This document shows positions 9,424-22,748 of a stretch of DNA of 64,000 nucleotides, one piece after another. This DNA comes from Escherichia phage vB_EcoM-172859UKE1: sequence record MZ234025.1, one strand, 5' to 3'. The translations under genes were made by a program, and so were the position numbers. The notes below the pieces were generated by a model. It searched no databases. It was not told where the DNA came from and was given only the letters and a program-made list of their open reading frames with translations. How positions within the stretch are numbered: the first letter of the stretch is position 1; each line of letters opens with the position of its first letter.

Positions 9424-9431
9424 TATTTATA
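9424..9431 (-). promoter_or_regulatory. T4-type late promoter box TATAAATA (for gene 24)
   Basis: Exact TATAAATA on minus strand about 30 nt upstream of gene 24 ATG. Confidence 0.6.
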
Positions 9432-9437
9432 AAGATT

Positions 9438-9467
9438 GTTTACAACGTATTTGGTATGTGATACTAT
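9438..9467 (+). promoter_or_regulatory. Early sigma70-type promoter (GTTTAC -35, TGaTACTAT -10)
   Basis: GTTTAC at 9438-9443, 18-nt spacer, TACTAT at 9462-9467; same cassette as at 45750-45813. Confidence 0.55.
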
Positions 9468-9503
9468 AGACTTATCAACTACAGAGGAGTAAACAAAATG
9501 ACT
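9462..9503 (+). repeat. 42-bp promoter/RBS cassette, exact copy of 45772..45813
   Basis: tactatagacttatcaactacagaggagtaaacaaaatgact occurs identically at both loci. Confidence 0.85.
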
Positions 9504-9767
9504 AAAGCACGTTTCTTACGAGATACTTTAAAAGTTCTGGAAGCTGAAGCAGTTAAGTTAGTAGAAAAATATGGTGCAAAAGTTAATGGTAATGCCTTCA
9601 ACAAAGTATGGATGAAAGTTGATTCTGAAGCTCGAGCTAAAGGTTATTGGGCCACTGATAAACTTGCATCATTCAAAAACAAAGACGGTTCTCCAGCATA
9701 TGTCCAAGAAGGTATGCCTAATTGGCAAAATATTTTGAAAACTTACATCGAAATTGCACAGAAATAA
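9498..9767 (+). CDS. Hypothetical protein (89 aa) inserted between genes 24 and 23 on the opposite strand
   Basis: ORF with GAGGAG SD; MTKARFLRDTLKVLEAE...; own early-type promoter; no recognisable domain. Confidence 0.65.
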   Translation: MTKARFLRDTLKVLEAEAVKLVEKYGAKVNGNAFNKVWMKVDSEARAKGYWATDKLASFKNKDGSPAYVQEGMPNWQNILKTYIEIAQK

Positions 9768-9777
9768 AACCAAAAAT

Positions 9778-9795
9778 GGGAGACCGAAGTCTCCC
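9778..9795 (-). terminator. Terminator hairpin downstream of gene 23
   Basis: GGGAGAC-cgaa-GTCTCCC hairpin; a T-run follows on the minus strand. Confidence 0.65.
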
Positions 9796-9819
9796 AAAAT
9801 AAGATTTAATCAATTAAGA

Positions 9820-11388
9820 TTAGATGCCTTTTACATATACACGTCTAAAGTAAGCGTTCTTACCAAGGCTGTTCAGGATAGACGGCATACCGGACTGGAT
9901 GCGAGCACCTGGAGCCTGCAGGGAACTTTCAGCAAACGGGTTAACACCGATACCGTAACGAGTTTTAAAGCCCATTACCGGCTGGAAGTTCTTAGGATCG
10001 GAACCACGCAGTGGGGTAAGTGCAACGTAAGGAGCATAGTAAATACCTGCATCCATTTCGTTAGCGCCTTTGTAACCAACGGTGAAGTAATCCTGTTTAG
10101 CATACTGGTCGATGTATACGCGGTATTTACCGCCAAGTACACCGGCAAATACAGACTTAGTAGTGTCGGTATTAAAACCAGAAGCCAGACCCTGTGCAGC
10201 GTAAGAAATACCAGTATCAACTGAAGCCAGTACGTTAACTACGTTACGGGAAGCGATAATGAAGTTACCTTCACCACGACCGGTTTGACGAGCAATTTCA
10301 ACTGCTTCTTTATCAATCTGGAACAACAGAGCTTTAAAGCTTTCACCGGCCCAACGAGCACCACGGATATCAATCGGGTCCTGGAAGTCGAATACACCAG
10401 CTTTAGAACCAACGATATTAGTCATACCAGATTTACCAACCTGAGCGGAGTAGTTAATCCAGTCAACAACTTCACGGTTGATTTCCAGCATAATTTCAGT
10501 AGCAAGAATACCACTCAGTTCAGCATCAGCATCCATACCGTGTACTGCACGGAGGTCTTGTGCCAATTCGATGGAGTAAGCTGCTTTCAGCTGACGAGAT
10601 TTAGCTTCAATAACTTGTTTGTCGATACGGAAGCCCATTTCGTTCCACGGGTTGTCGGTAGAACCATTGAAGCCTTCCTGAAGTTCAGCGATAGAAGTAG
10701 CCATACCTTCAGCGATTTCTACCAGTACACCTGCTTCCATTTGTTTGATAATTTCTGCATCCAGCAATTCTGGGGTAGAAGCCTCAGCGCTAATGGTAAC
10801 AACTTTAGTGGCCTGAAGATAAGTAGAACCAGTTTCAGCGAAGAAGTGATAATAAATGTCGCCGGCTACAGTGGACATACCAGCGGTAACAGGAGCAAAT
10901 GCTTTTGCAGCACCCTGACCAGAGAACATCGCATCTGGAGCATACATCGGATGGAAAGCTTCTTTAGCGTCAGCAGCGATAGGGTCTTTACCATATACTG
11001 CACGGAGAGCAAATACCTGACCGGTAGGGCTGTTCATAGGCTGAACACCACAAATATCAAAAGCGATCAGATTAGGAATAGCACGACGAACCATACCCAT
11101 AACTGCCGGCCCAATTTGGGTTACTGCACCAGAGGTTTGACCTGCTGCGATGTTCTGAGCATTATAACCGTGGTCACCACCAATTTCAGCTTCGGTCAAG
11201 AAAGAACCAAATGCCTGAGCGATTTTCTCGTCTTTATATTCAGGGGATACTTCGAAATCTTTTTCCTGGTTTTCGAAGATTTTAGCGATAATAGCCTGCT
11301 TGCTATTAGCGATTTCCGGCAGGCCTTCACCTTCCAGCAGTTCTTTCCATTTGTCTACGAGCTGAGCTTTAGTTTTGATAGTAGTCAT
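9820..11388 (-). CDS. 23: Major capsid protein gp23
   Basis: 522 aa; matches recalled T4 gp23 over most of its length (MTTIKTKAQL...NAYFRRVYVKGI). Confidence 0.97.
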   Translation of the reverse strand: MTTIKTKAQLVDKWKELLEGEGLPEIANSKQAIIAKIFENQEKDFEVSPEYKDEKIAQAFGSFLTEAEIGGDHGYNAQNIAAGQTSGAVTQIGPAVMGMVRRAIPNLIAFDICGVQPMNSPTGQVFALRAVYGKDPIAADAKEAFHPMYAPDAMFSGQGAAKAFAPVTAGMSTVAGDIYYHFFAETGSTYLQATKVVTISAEASTPELLDAEIIKQMEAGVLVEIAEGMATSIAELQEGFNGSTDNPWNEMGFRIDKQVIEAKSRQLKAAYSIELAQDLRAVHGMDADAELSGILATEIMLEINREVVDWINYSAQVGKSGMTNIVGSKAGVFDFQDPIDIRGARWAGESFKALLFQIDKEAVEIARQTGRGEGNFIIASRNVVNVLASVDTGISYAAQGLASGFNTDTTKSVFAGVLGGKYRVYIDQYAKQDYFTVGYKGANEMDAGIYYAPYVALTPLRGSDPKNFQPVMGFKTRYGIGVNPFAESSLQAPGARIQSGMPSILNSLGKNAYFRRVYVKGI

Positions 11389-11405
11389 TTGTGTTAACCT
11401 TTAAA

Positions 11406-12218
11406 TTAGAAACGAGATGCGACTTTCGCATATAAACTTACATTAGAATTCTGTTCTACCTGAGTTGTGGTAGTGTCAACTGCTTCGGCAACAAAATTAA
11501 GACCGGCAGCGTCATTGTCAACTGTATTTATACTTTCGGTAATAGCGGCTTCTTCTTTAGTAGAACCTTTAACCATTTCTACAATAGCAGTTAACTTAGT
11601 ACCAAATGCGTCAGAATAATCCATACCTTCAACCAGGCCAATAACTTTTTCTTTCTGAGATTCAGTCAGGTCTTTTACGCTTTCATTAATAGCGGTTTCA
11701 CGCTGAACGTAATTGATATATGCATCACGTTTGGTAACTTCTTCGAACAAACGAGCGGTTTCTTCTTTATGTTCGGCCAGCTCTTCTTCCATTTCTGCTA
11801 CAACATCTACAGATTCTTCTGGAACAACAACGTTATGTTCAACAAACAGTTCTTTCAGACCACCAAGCATGGATTCGAACAAATCAGCTTTAATGCCTTT
11901 ATCAACTGCGATTTGGTTTTCTGCGAGCCATTCTTTTGCAAGATGGTCTAGGAATTTAGAAGCTTGTTCAGCCAATTTTTTATCAGCTTTCTCTTCAGCA
12001 TCTTCTTTAGCCTTTTCAACTTCTTCTTCGGCTTTTTCGGCGATGGCTTTGATATGAGATTCAGCCAGTTTGACTGCTTCCTGCTTAACGGTGGCTTCGA
12101 ATACAGTGCTGAAATTAGCTTTAACGTCCGGAGACAGTTCTACTGATTCGAAAACACTATTAAGAGCAACTGAAGTCTCGATGTTCTGAGCTTCTTTCAA
12201 AAGTTGTTCTTTGATCAT
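11406..12218 (-). CDS. 22: Prohead core scaffold protein gp22
   Basis: 270-aa acidic coiled-coil protein directly upstream of gene 23. Confidence 0.9.
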   Translation of the reverse strand: MIKEQLLKEAQNIETSVALNSVFESVELSPDVKANFSTVFEATVKQEAVKLAESHIKAIAEKAEEEVEKAKEDAEEKADKKLAEQASKFLDHLAKEWLAENQIAVDKGIKADLFESMLGGLKELFVEHNVVVPEESVDVVAEMEEELAEHKEETARLFEEVTKRDAYINYVQRETAINESVKDLTESQKEKVIGLVEGMDYSDAFGTKLTAIVEMVKGSTKEEAAITESINTVDNDAAGLNFVAEAVDTTTTQVEQNSNVSLYAKVASRF

Positions 12219-12248
12219 TTTAGTGTCCTGTGGTTTAGATTACATTAT

Positions 12249-12256
12249 TATTTATA
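12249..12256 (-). promoter_or_regulatory. T4-type late promoter box TATAAATA (for gene 22)
   Basis: Exact TATAAATA on minus strand at the 3' end of gene 21. Confidence 0.55.
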
Positions 12257-12893
12257 ATGCTTTTAAACTCTCTGCGAGAGCTTTAAATGCTTCGTCAGCA
12301 CTGTTTTTGGTGATTTCCACCGAATTTTCTGATTCTGATATTTGTTTAGGAGTAACCCAAGCATCTGGAGCAGAAGGTCCCCATACGGCATCTACGCCGA
12401 CGGTTAATTTAAATCCTTCGTTCACGATACGGTACCCTTTATTGGTGTCGGTTAAAGAACCAAGACCACGAGAGGAAACACCTGGAATCCAACCAGCTCG
12501 TATATTAGCAGCTAATTTATCGCCGGGACCGTGGTCGCCTTCAATAATTCTAGCACGTCCATATACATCGTTTCCTTTCCACCACATATCTTCAATAATG
12601 ATAGCGGCTTGCATAGGGTCAACATTTGCACGAGGTGGATGGTTTAATTCTCCAAGGGCTTGTTTGGTTGCGACTTGTTCTTTAATATAGTCACTTACTG
12701 CTTTTTCCAAAACACGTTTAGGATATAAACGTTTATTTCGGTTAACAACCTCTGCCTGAAGAAAAATACCTTCTATATAAAGCCCTGGTTTTAAGCCAGA
12801 ATCTTTTCCATCATGAGATTCCAACATTGGAACGCCATCAATAATCTCACCGGGTTGACCCCAAGTTTCAATAAGTAACTCGGGTTTATTCAT
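12252..12893 (-). CDS. 21: Prohead core protease gp21
   Basis: 213 aa; position and size as T4 gp21. Confidence 0.9.
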   Translation of the reverse strand: MNKPELLIETWGQPGEIIDGVPMLESHDGKDSGLKPGLYIEGIFLQAEVVNRNKRLYPKRVLEKAVSDYIKEQVATKQALGELNHPPRANVDPMQAAIIIEDMWWKGNDVYGRARIIEGDHGPGDKLAANIRAGWIPGVSSRGLGSLTDTNKGYRIVNEGFKLTVGVDAVWGPSAPDAWVTPKQISESENSVEITKNSADEAFKALAESLKAL

Positions 12894-13318
12894 TAGCTTA
12901 ATCCTAATGCTTTACGACGTTTAAGAGCCTTTTTACGCTTACGCAAGCCTTTAACTTGGCCTGAAGGGTTAGCTTTTTTAGCTTTAACGACCTTACGAGC
13001 GATTTGTCTACGTTTTGCTTTAGAAAGACCAGTTGTTTGGAACGCGTTACGTTCACGAGTTTTACGGTCTTTAGTGCGGGTGACTTCACCACGAGAAGAA
13101 ACATGTTTAACGATAAACTCATTTAACTGTTCTTCATTAATAATGGAAGCCATTGCAACAGCTAAATCCGTTTCAGTTTCAAGCATGTTCTCGATAATAG
13201 TATTTATATCGTCAATATCGAGAGCAGAAGACAATGCATCGATTCGGCCCTGTGCTTCAGGAATAAGTGCTTCGACATTTTCGAGTACCAATTCATAAGA
13301 TTCAGGGATAAGATACAT
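12893..13318 (-). CDS. 68: Prohead core protein gp68
   Basis: 141 aa with basic C-terminus, between 67 and 21. Confidence 0.85.
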   Translation of the reverse strand: MYLIPESYELVLENVEALIPEAQGRIDALSSALDIDDINTIIENMLETETDLAVAMASIINEEQLNEFIVKHVSSRGEVTRTKDRKTRERNAFQTTGLSKAKRRQIARKVVKAKKANPSGQVKGLRKRKKALKRRKALGLS

Positions 13319-13554
13319 TATTCATCGTCCTCATCATCTTCGTCTTCGTCGTCATCGCCTTCATCAGCGTCGTCTTCCGAAGCTTTAGCTTTCTTTTCTT
13401 CTTCAGGTTCTTCGCCTTCAATCAAAAATTGAGAAGCGATTTCTGCTTTGCGTGCTTCAATCAAACAAACCGTTTTTTCTGCCATTGCACTTTCAAAAAA
13501 CTTTCGAGTAGCAACGAGGTCGTTTGATTTAATAGCTTGAATTAAATCGTCCAT
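13318..13554 (-). CDS. 67: Prohead core protein gp67
   Basis: 78 aa with poly-acidic C-terminus ([12 protein letters not shown]). Confidence 0.85.
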   Translation of the reverse strand: MDDLIQAIKSNDLVATRKFFESAMAEKTVCLIEARKAEIASQFLIEGEEPEEEKKAKASEDDADEGDDDEDEDDEDDE

Positions 13555-15125
13555 TAAAAATCCTCTTGTTCTTGGTCGGGGTCTTGGAAACGAGCCTCTT
13601 TCGACTCTTCTTCAATTTGCTTAGCCTCTTGTTCAATTTCCTCATCAGACATCTGAAGAATATCTTTCATAGCTGTTCTGTGAGAAATATATTTACCAAT
13701 AAATGGTTCGGCCATCTGAAGCATATTAATGCGACGCTCCAGAATCTCAGCATCCTTTAATTCCGAGAAATAACTATCCCGATGAAATTTTATCTTAATA
13801 TTATTTATTTCATCATTCCACTCATCTTCTGTAATAATTCCTTTAAGAATTAAATTAGTTTTAAGCGGGTCTAGGAATATCTCTTCAAATTTATGTTGCA
13901 GCTCACGAATAAATTTACCAAATGACAATTCATCTCGTGTAATAGAAGTACCAGCATCAAACTGTATACCACCTTGGTCACTTGGAATACGGGTAATAGG
14001 AATACGTAAAGCCATATAAAGCGCATTACGGAACCAACGTACATCTTCCATATTTCCAGTATTATCTGCACCTGGTAATGTGTCAACTTCTGTTACTGCT
14101 TTACCATCACGTCGTTGTAACCAATAATCTTCGGTCATCGACATAATATGCTGCTGGTTTTTAATCTTGCCTGTAGTAGCATCATATGCAATACGGTTTT
14201 TCATCGTATTCATAACATGTTGCATATGTTCTGCTGCTTTTCTTGAAGGCATATTACCTGTATCAACGTACCATACACGACGATCGGGAGCACGAGTAAT
14301 ACGATAAATTACGACGGCATCTTCAAGAAGTTTTAATTGGTTCGCTGGCTTAATAGCCCGATGCAAATAACCGATGATATTTTTACCACAACAATCAACT
14401 AAACCAGAATGGGCATAAACAATCGCGGCTTTAGGGATTTTTATTTTTGTGCCAGCTTCATATATGCGACCATCACAAGCATAAGATTCGTGTGATGTGT
14501 CATAAATGAAATATTCTTTATAACCCTTGACTATTTTAACACCGGCTTCAGTGGTTGTAATAACTTCACGGACATATTGAACTTGACGTGGGTCTAAACG
14601 ACGAAGCTCTTTAATACCTTCTTTAGGGCGTTTAGGGTCAATAATTTTATGGAAGAAAATTCGAGAATCTACATACCAACGCCTAAAATGGTCTGAACCT
14701 TTACGTTGGAAAGATAAATGATTCAACACTTCGTTAAATTCATCCAACATCATTGATTTGATATTTGGACTAAATTTTGTGTTGTCTAAATTTATAGAAA
14801 CGACTTCTGTATCATCTTCATACACGATAGCATCAGAAACTATTTCAGAGACCGCGTTATCCACTTCATAGTTCGTCATCAAATTTCGATACGTATCGAT
14901 TAATTCACGGGTTGATTTAAGCCCCGGTTCTTGACTACCGAACATTCTCTGAAACATAGCATTATATGTTTGCTGTGCTTCATTTTCAGATACTTCGTAT
15001 TCTTTAGCGCCGTCGTCTAATTTTGGTGCGGTGATAGATTCTAAATTTTCTTTTTCTTGGTCTTTGTAATCACGTTCGTCCATTTTTGCCCATGGAGCAA
15101 ACAAACTTAAGATATTAAATTTCAT
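13554..15125 (-). CDS. 20: Portal vertex protein gp20
   Basis: 523 aa; size and position as T4 gp20. Confidence 0.92.
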   Translation of the reverse strand: MKFNILSLFAPWAKMDERDYKDQEKENLESITAPKLDDGAKEYEVSENEAQQTYNAMFQRMFGSQEPGLKSTRELIDTYRNLMTNYEVDNAVSEIVSDAIVYEDDTEVVSINLDNTKFSPNIKSMMLDEFNEVLNHLSFQRKGSDHFRRWYVDSRIFFHKIIDPKRPKEGIKELRRLDPRQVQYVREVITTTEAGVKIVKGYKEYFIYDTSHESYACDGRIYEAGTKIKIPKAAIVYAHSGLVDCCGKNIIGYLHRAIKPANQLKLLEDAVVIYRITRAPDRRVWYVDTGNMPSRKAAEHMQHVMNTMKNRIAYDATTGKIKNQQHIMSMTEDYWLQRRDGKAVTEVDTLPGADNTGNMEDVRWFRNALYMALRIPITRIPSDQGGIQFDAGTSITRDELSFGKFIRELQHKFEEIFLDPLKTNLILKGIITEDEWNDEINNIKIKFHRDSYFSELKDAEILERRINMLQMAEPFIGKYISHRTAMKDILQMSDEEIEQEAKQIEEESKEARFQDPDQEQEDF

Positions 15126-15153
15126 TGTATTCTCCGAATGGGAATTATAGTTA

Positions 15154-15161
15154 TATTTATA
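15154..15161 (-). promoter_or_regulatory. T4-type late promoter box TATAAATA (for gene 20)
   Basis: Exact TATAAATA on minus strand about 30 nt upstream of gene 20 ATG. Confidence 0.6.
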
Positions 15162-15209
15162 TGGACTTCTCCGTCATCACGGGAAGCTGGGGATTTCTCC
15201 CCAACCAGA

Positions 15210-15701
15210 TTATTCCCACCAATCAAGAGCAAGAGTTACTTCGAACGTTTCAATCTCGTTATTCGAATCCCAATCAAGAGATACTTCACCGACGTTAGTA
15301 GGCCACAAGCCAACAATTTCAACTTCTTTAGTGACCGTTTTAGCATCACGAGCAAATTGACGAACGATAGCAGACTTTTTATATTCAGCAGGTTTACCAC
15401 CGGTAATTTCATTACCTTGTCCTGCTGCAATACCTTGCCAATCAACAAATTTCTGACGAATGCTATGAGCATCATCGTTCATTACTGTAATAGTCCAATC
15501 ATCGAATGTACGATCACCGGCCACGTTAATTTTACGGTTCATATAAGAAACAGGAACCTTTTCAACGATCGCAGCAGGAAGAGCCGTAGCACGACACTGG
15601 AAGCTAAAGTTTTGCCCAAGATAAGAGATTTCTACTTCGAACAGGTTAGGGCGAGCGAAATCACCTGATTCGAAGGCACGAGTTACGTCATCTACAAACA
15701 T
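15210..15701 (-). CDS. 19: Tail tube protein gp19
   Basis: 163 aa, as T4 gp19. Confidence 0.92.
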   Translation of the reverse strand: MFVDDVTRAFESGDFARPNLFEVEISYLGQNFSFQCRATALPAAIVEKVPVSYMNRKINVAGDRTFDDWTITVMNDDAHSIRQKFVDWQGIAAGQGNEITGGKPAEYKKSAIVRQFARDAKTVTKEVEIVGLWPTNVGEVSLDWDSNNEIETFEVTLALDWWE

Positions 15702-15773
15702 ATTAGCCTCTGTAGTAATATGGGCTTAGGATTAACCTGATGCCCATAGAATTAATTTTTAAACGATATAGTA

Positions 15774-15781
15774 TATTTATA
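15774..15781 (-). promoter_or_regulatory. T4-type late promoter box TATAAATA (for gene 19)
   Basis: Exact TATAAATA on minus strand; adjacent 8-bp perfect palindrome ATGGGCTA/TAGCCCAT at 15781-15802. Confidence 0.55.
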
Positions 15782-15813
15782 TGGGCTACCGAAATAGCCC
15801 ATCAGGCGTCTTA

Positions 15814-17796
15814 TTAGGCACCTACAGCACCAATTAGTTCGTCGAAATCGGCACCAGTTGCTGTTGCTACAAAGTTCAACGTAATATAATTTATCGAGCG
15901 GGCAGGTTGTAAGTAGAAAGTAGCTACAAATTCATTACGGTCGATAACTGCTGGTGTGTTATTGGTAGTATCACAAACAACTTTAAAGTTATATACACCA
16001 CCGAGAGCTTTAATACCCTGTAGATATTGAGAAGTCTCTGTACGGAAAGAAGAACGGGTAAATGCGTTGTTCAATTCAAACAGGCGATATTTAGATGCTG
16101 AACCAATGTTCGTTTTAACCATATTGAACAAACGACGAACGTTAATACGGTCAAATGGTGAAGGAACAGAAGTGGCAGTTTTATCACCATACAGAACATA
16201 CCCATCACCACCGGTACCAGTAACAGGGTTAATAGCTTCCTGGTACAAACGATCACGCTGCGCTTGGCGAGTTTCAATTGCAAGCTTAATAACGTTAAGA
16301 ATTTGCCCACGGTTATAACCGGCAGGAGACATCCAAGGCTGAGAAATATTGTCTGTGCGAGCACAAAGACCGGCAATATCAGCAGCTAATGGAACCCAAC
16401 GATTCACATCATTATATTTGTCATATTGATATTTATAGTTACCGTCAATAGCAGCATAAGTAGAACTTACATTAAAGTTATTATCAGTGTAAGTTCCTGA
16501 CGCAGTACGCCAATCAACCAGATTATCAACTGCACGATTAACAGGAATACCGACTATAGTTGCACGTGGTGGTGAGCAAAGAACCAAGCAATCTTGGCGA
16601 GAATCACCAATTGCTACAACATGTTTCTGAACTGTAGAAGCAACTTCTAAAGATTCACCTGCACAAGAACCAGCAATAAACAACTGCGCATTAACAGATT
16701 CACGGTCAGCAAACAAATCCCAAGCTTCCATTAAATCACCAGCGTCAACAGTTTCATTAGATGATAAGCCGCCGCCCAGTTTGATTACGCCAGAGAAACC
16801 TTTTGGCCAACCTTGTGCAGTAGCGAAAATATAATTGCTTGCGCCTTTAGCAAAGAAATCATCAATAAAGATATTACTACCATAAATATCGCGTTCACCA
16901 CGTTTAGTAGAAAGAACTACACTCTGGACTACAGCATCGTTACGACGAACGATAATTGCATATTGGTCATCAGTTTGTGGACCATACCCAAAGATTGCTT
17001 TAGCCGTAGATGCACGAGTACCACCATCAGGATAAATTTTTAACTGGGCTGAAGCACCTTTGTCATAGTCTGCTTTAGATACGATTTCAATTTCGAGCTG
17101 GTCGCCAAGTTCACCAGGATAAAGAGCAACTACGCCTGGGACACCATATTTTTTAATAGATTCTTGGAAAGTTAGAGAAGTAATAGCTTCTTCAGAAGTT
17201 TCAACTTCAGTTAACAAAATACCCGAATCGGTTACGATAGAACCAATTGTAATAACGCCAGAGAGACCAGAAGAAGAACTGGCAACTTCGGCGGTCCAGT
17301 TAGAACCCAATGCCGGATATTCATTAATTTCTTTTGCACGAGCAATAATTTTACCGGTTGGGATATAAATGTTACGAATTTTACCATCGACATCAACTGA
17401 AGTGACATAACCATCTGCTTCAACAGTTTCGGTCAAATACTTAACGATAATTTTATCACCAACTGCATAGTTACTACCAGCAGCAGAGATTGTGAATTCA
17501 ATATTGCCTGCTACAGGAGATGAGTTCTTAGCAGTATCACGATCAACTGCGCGTACAACACGAAGGTCATTACCATATTGAAGGAAGTTCATAGCAGACA
17601 TGAAATAATCTGCTGTATCCGTATTAGGAGTACCAAACATATCAACCAATGCAACTTCATCAGTGATTTGTTTAATCTGGAATGCAGGTCCCCATTGGAA
17701 TTTTCCAGCCAGGGCAGCAGTACCAGTGGAGTTATTAACTACAGTACTCTGTACGGTAGTTTCTTTGAGCTCAACGCCCGGAGAGAGAAGTGCCAT
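15814..17796 (-). CDS. 18: Tail sheath protein gp18
   Basis: 660 aa, as T4 gp18. Confidence 0.95.
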   Translation of the reverse strand: MALLSPGVELKETTVQSTVVNNSTGTAALAGKFQWGPAFQIKQITDEVALVDMFGTPNTDTADYFMSAMNFLQYGNDLRVVRAVDRDTAKNSSPVAGNIEFTISAAGSNYAVGDKIIVKYLTETVEADGYVTSVDVDGKIRNIYIPTGKIIARAKEINEYPALGSNWTAEVASSSSGLSGVITIGSIVTDSGILLTEVETSEEAITSLTFQESIKKYGVPGVVALYPGELGDQLEIEIVSKADYDKGASAQLKIYPDGGTRASTAKAIFGYGPQTDDQYAIIVRRNDAVVQSVVLSTKRGERDIYGSNIFIDDFFAKGASNYIFATAQGWPKGFSGVIKLGGGLSSNETVDAGDLMEAWDLFADRESVNAQLFIAGSCAGESLEVASTVQKHVVAIGDSRQDCLVLCSPPRATIVGIPVNRAVDNLVDWRTASGTYTDNNFNVSSTYAAIDGNYKYQYDKYNDVNRWVPLAADIAGLCARTDNISQPWMSPAGYNRGQILNVIKLAIETRQAQRDRLYQEAINPVTGTGGDGYVLYGDKTATSVPSPFDRINVRRLFNMVKTNIGSASKYRLFELNNAFTRSSFRTETSQYLQGIKALGGVYNFKVVCDTTNNTPAVIDRNEFVATFYLQPARSINYITLNFVATATGADFDELIGAVGA

Positions 17797-17823
17797 TTTA
17801 ATTCCTCTTAATTTGCTTTATTT

Positions 17824-20149
<2,326 letters not shown>

Positions 20150-20974
20150 TTATTGTTTTCTAGGACCAGGAGGGGTTGGTGGAGTCGGGATTGGAATATC
20201 ATGAGTATAAGTTTGTTCAACTTCACCATTCCAATCTTGTGCTTCAACGTCTCTCGGTTTAATTTCTGTATCAACTGATTCAAAAACGCTGGCGGCTGTT
20301 TGAAGGTCTCGTTCATTAGCATGAAAATCAAGATAAGTCGTTTTAATAAGGCCTTCAGCTGCGCCTACCGGAGGATACATCCATCCATTTACTTCAAATG
20401 TTAATGACCACTCTAAACGTCGACGAGATAAATTATCACCGTCTATTTGTTCATCCATTGCTGCTGCCATCCATACGACTTTAATATCCCTTTCAAATGG
20501 AATATCCTGCCCATATTGCTCAATCATAGTCGTATTAAAATGCGGCTGAAAATATGGAATAATTTGCTCAACGATTTGGAACATATCATCTTCATAACGA
20601 GTAAAGATGCTCAGTTCAAAAATCATTTTAATTGGTGATGGGTTGTATTGGTCTACAATATCCTTAGTCGATTTACTCAAAAGAGAGTTATTCAATATAT
20701 TCGTTTTAAACGTTGGGTTATAAACGAAATCTACCATTTGGAGATTTATACGCGGTAGAATAGTTTCGACTTTAGCCACATCTTCTTGTGAGTTTATAGA
20801 GGTCCATTTATTAAGTTTCATCATAAAGTGCTCTTTAGATGCATACGTAATAGGAACTCTAATTAATTTATTGCCTGTAGACAATTGACGGTTAACTTGG
20901 ATATTTGAAAACAAATCGCCCATCATTGTGATATATCGCCTGAACGACGAGTTGTAAAAATAGCCAAACATCAT
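20150..20974 (-). CDS. 15: Tail sheath stabilizer and completion protein gp15
   Basis: 274 aa, position as T4 gp15. Confidence 0.9.
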   Translation of the reverse strand: MMFGYFYNSSFRRYITMMGDLFSNIQVNRQLSTGNKLIRVPITYASKEHFMMKLNKWTSINSQEDVAKVETILPRINLQMVDFVYNPTFKTNILNNSLLSKSTKDIVDQYNPSPIKMIFELSIFTRYEDDMFQIVEQIIPYFQPHFNTTMIEQYGQDIPFERDIKVVWMAAAMDEQIDGDNLSRRRLEWSLTFEVNGWMYPPVGAAEGLIKTTYLDFHANERDLQTAASVFESVDTEIKPRDVEAQDWNGEVEQTYTHDIPIPTPPTPPGPRKQ

Positions 20975-21023
20975 TTCTCCTAACCGGCCTTTCGACCGGT
21001 GTTTGCTTTATCTTATCTATTTA

Positions 21024-21788
21024 TTAATTCATAAACCCATCGTCAAATGGTGAATTTTGTCTACCACGGTTGTTAACTACTACATACGGCTCAACGTATT
21101 CACTTGCCTCTGAATTGATTTGCTCAACTTCAGAATATTCATCGATATTAATGTCATGGATACCGTCAAGATTTCTAACAGGGTTAAGTTCCAAGTCACT
21201 AAATTCAGGTATATTGATACCTTCATTTTTCTGAAGCACCGGATTGATTTCTTCGCCAGAGTAAATAAACTTGCCTGCAGTAATTTTACGAATCGCATTT
21301 TTACCTACTTGATAGAATGGGTCATATGGTTCAACCCAGTTAATCTCAAACAAACTGTTGTCCATTGGGAAGTATATTAAATCACCTTCCTTGGGCTCCT
21401 GATTGTTGACCTGGTGTTTGAAAAGACCCGGGTTAATAGATAATGTAACTTCGTCTTGAACTTGCATTCCGAAGTTGCTGAAGAACGATTTCGCTCCTTC
21501 ATAACCTTCAAATGAGTTCAGATATGCCGCAAATTTCCATGCTTTAGTAAATTTATTTTTAAGGTCCTCACCAAAGATAAGGTCCACAGCAACATATTCA
21601 CGTGGAACATAAAAACATTCAATACCGCGCATTTGTATGCTTTCTGCCACTAGAACATCGGCTAATGTCTGACTATTCTCATAATTATTAAAATTGACAA
21701 ATGGATTGAGGATTTCGGTCTCATTTGTCTGAGAATACCCACCACGATTTTCTAGCTTGGCGAAAAGATTTTTATCATAAGTTGCCAT
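21024..21788 (-). CDS. 14: Neck protein gp14
   Basis: 254 aa. Confidence 0.9.
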   Translation of the reverse strand: MATYDKNLFAKLENRGGYSQTNETEILNPFVNFNNYENSQTLADVLVAESIQMRGIECFYVPREYVAVDLIFGEDLKNKFTKAWKFAAYLNSFEGYEGAKSFFSNFGMQVQDEVTLSINPGLFKHQVNNQEPKEGDLIYFPMDNSLFEINWVEPYDPFYQVGKNAIRKITAGKFIYSGEEINPVLQKNEGINIPEFSDLELNPVRNLDGIHDINIDEYSEVEQINSEASEYVEPYVVVNNRGRQNSPFDDGFMN

Positions 21789-21789
21789 A

Positions 21790-22716
21790 TTAACCTACCA
21801 AAATACCTGCAGGAGGGTCCAGTAAATATAACTCTTCTCGTAAAGCTTCTTTCTCTAAACGAGCTTCTTCAATTAATCGAACACCATCAACAGTGACGCC
21901 ACCCGGTAACATCATACCTTGATGTTTAGCAAGAATTTGTCCATTAAGCTCTTTAGCTAATGCAGTTGCATAATCTTTAACCCAGCGGTTGTTATATGCG
22001 CCTTGTTTGGTTGCAGGATCTTCACCAACTCGACGTCCGACCAAATTATGGTCTGGATTATCATAACGTTCAGAAATAGACCATGAATCACGAGGACCGA
22101 CCTGTCCATACCCTACTGTATTTCCTACCATCTTATGGGTCTCGATATAAGAGCGAACATACGATTCAACGATAATGACATCTTTCTGTCTAAAGTTACC
22201 CATTACTTTTAATTGCTCGTTTGCAGAGTTAAACCAAAAATCTGGAAGAGGAGCAATCATATCTTGAAGCATACCCATATAAGATACTAATTGAGAATAA
22301 TACCCGAGGTCAGCGCCAAAAGCGTTCGGGCCGTAGAATTTACCACAATTACTACCCATACCACCTGAAACACCAGCCATTCCTAAAAGGAAATCAGTGA
22401 ACCATGGATAAGTTGCATTACCATCCATTGAAGTAATAGAGCCAACATTTGTTCTTATAATTCTTGTTACAGCAAATACGTTAGAACCGCGCATATCAAA
22501 TACGCCATGACGGTATTTTTCTTCGTCATCAACAAAAAATACATGGAAACCTTTATTCAACCCGTCAAAATGGTATTCGCCATAAAGTTCTAACGCTCGT
22601 GAAATACAATCATAAATTTGGTCTGTAGTTAATTCAACATTTACAATAGGAGCGCCTAAACGACGTAATATTACGTCCTTTAATTCTTTAGGGTTTTGTG
22701 CATTATAACCTGACAT
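21790..22716 (-). CDS. 13: Neck protein gp13
   Basis: 308 aa. Confidence 0.9.
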   Translation of the reverse strand: MSGYNAQNPKELKDVILRRLGAPIVNVELTTDQIYDCISRALELYGEYHFDGLNKGFHVFFVDDEEKYRHGVFDMRGSNVFAVTRIIRTNVGSITSMDGNATYPWFTDFLLGMAGVSGGMGSNCGKFYGPNAFGADLGYYSQLVSYMGMLQDMIAPLPDFWFNSANEQLKVMGNFRQKDVIIVESYVRSYIETHKMVGNTVGYGQVGPRDSWSISERYDNPDHNLVGRRVGEDPATKQGAYNNRWVKDYATALAKELNGQILAKHQGMMLPGGVTVDGVRLIEEARLEKEALREELYLLDPPAGILVG

Positions 22717-22748
22717 ATAAATCCTTTAGGGCCCGAAGGCCCTTTTCA

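Noticed and set aside
10285-11397. 370-aa plus-strand ORF antisense to gene 23
   Set aside because: It lies entirely within the gp23 coding region on the opposite strand, has no start context, and is a low-complexity translation (S/T/F-rich); it is an artefact of the open antisense frame of a highly constrained gene.
11713-12057. Plus-strand ORFs of 114 and 60 aa inside gene 22
   Set aside because: They are antisense to the gp22 scaffold gene, Ser/Phe-rich low-complexity translations with no expression signals.
22729-22746. GGGCC-cgaa-GGCCC hairpin between wac and gene 13 as a terminator
   Set aside because: The T-run follows it on the plus strand, but both flanking genes are on the minus strand where no U-run follows; it is more likely a structural or RNA-processing element than a terminator, and was left unannotated.
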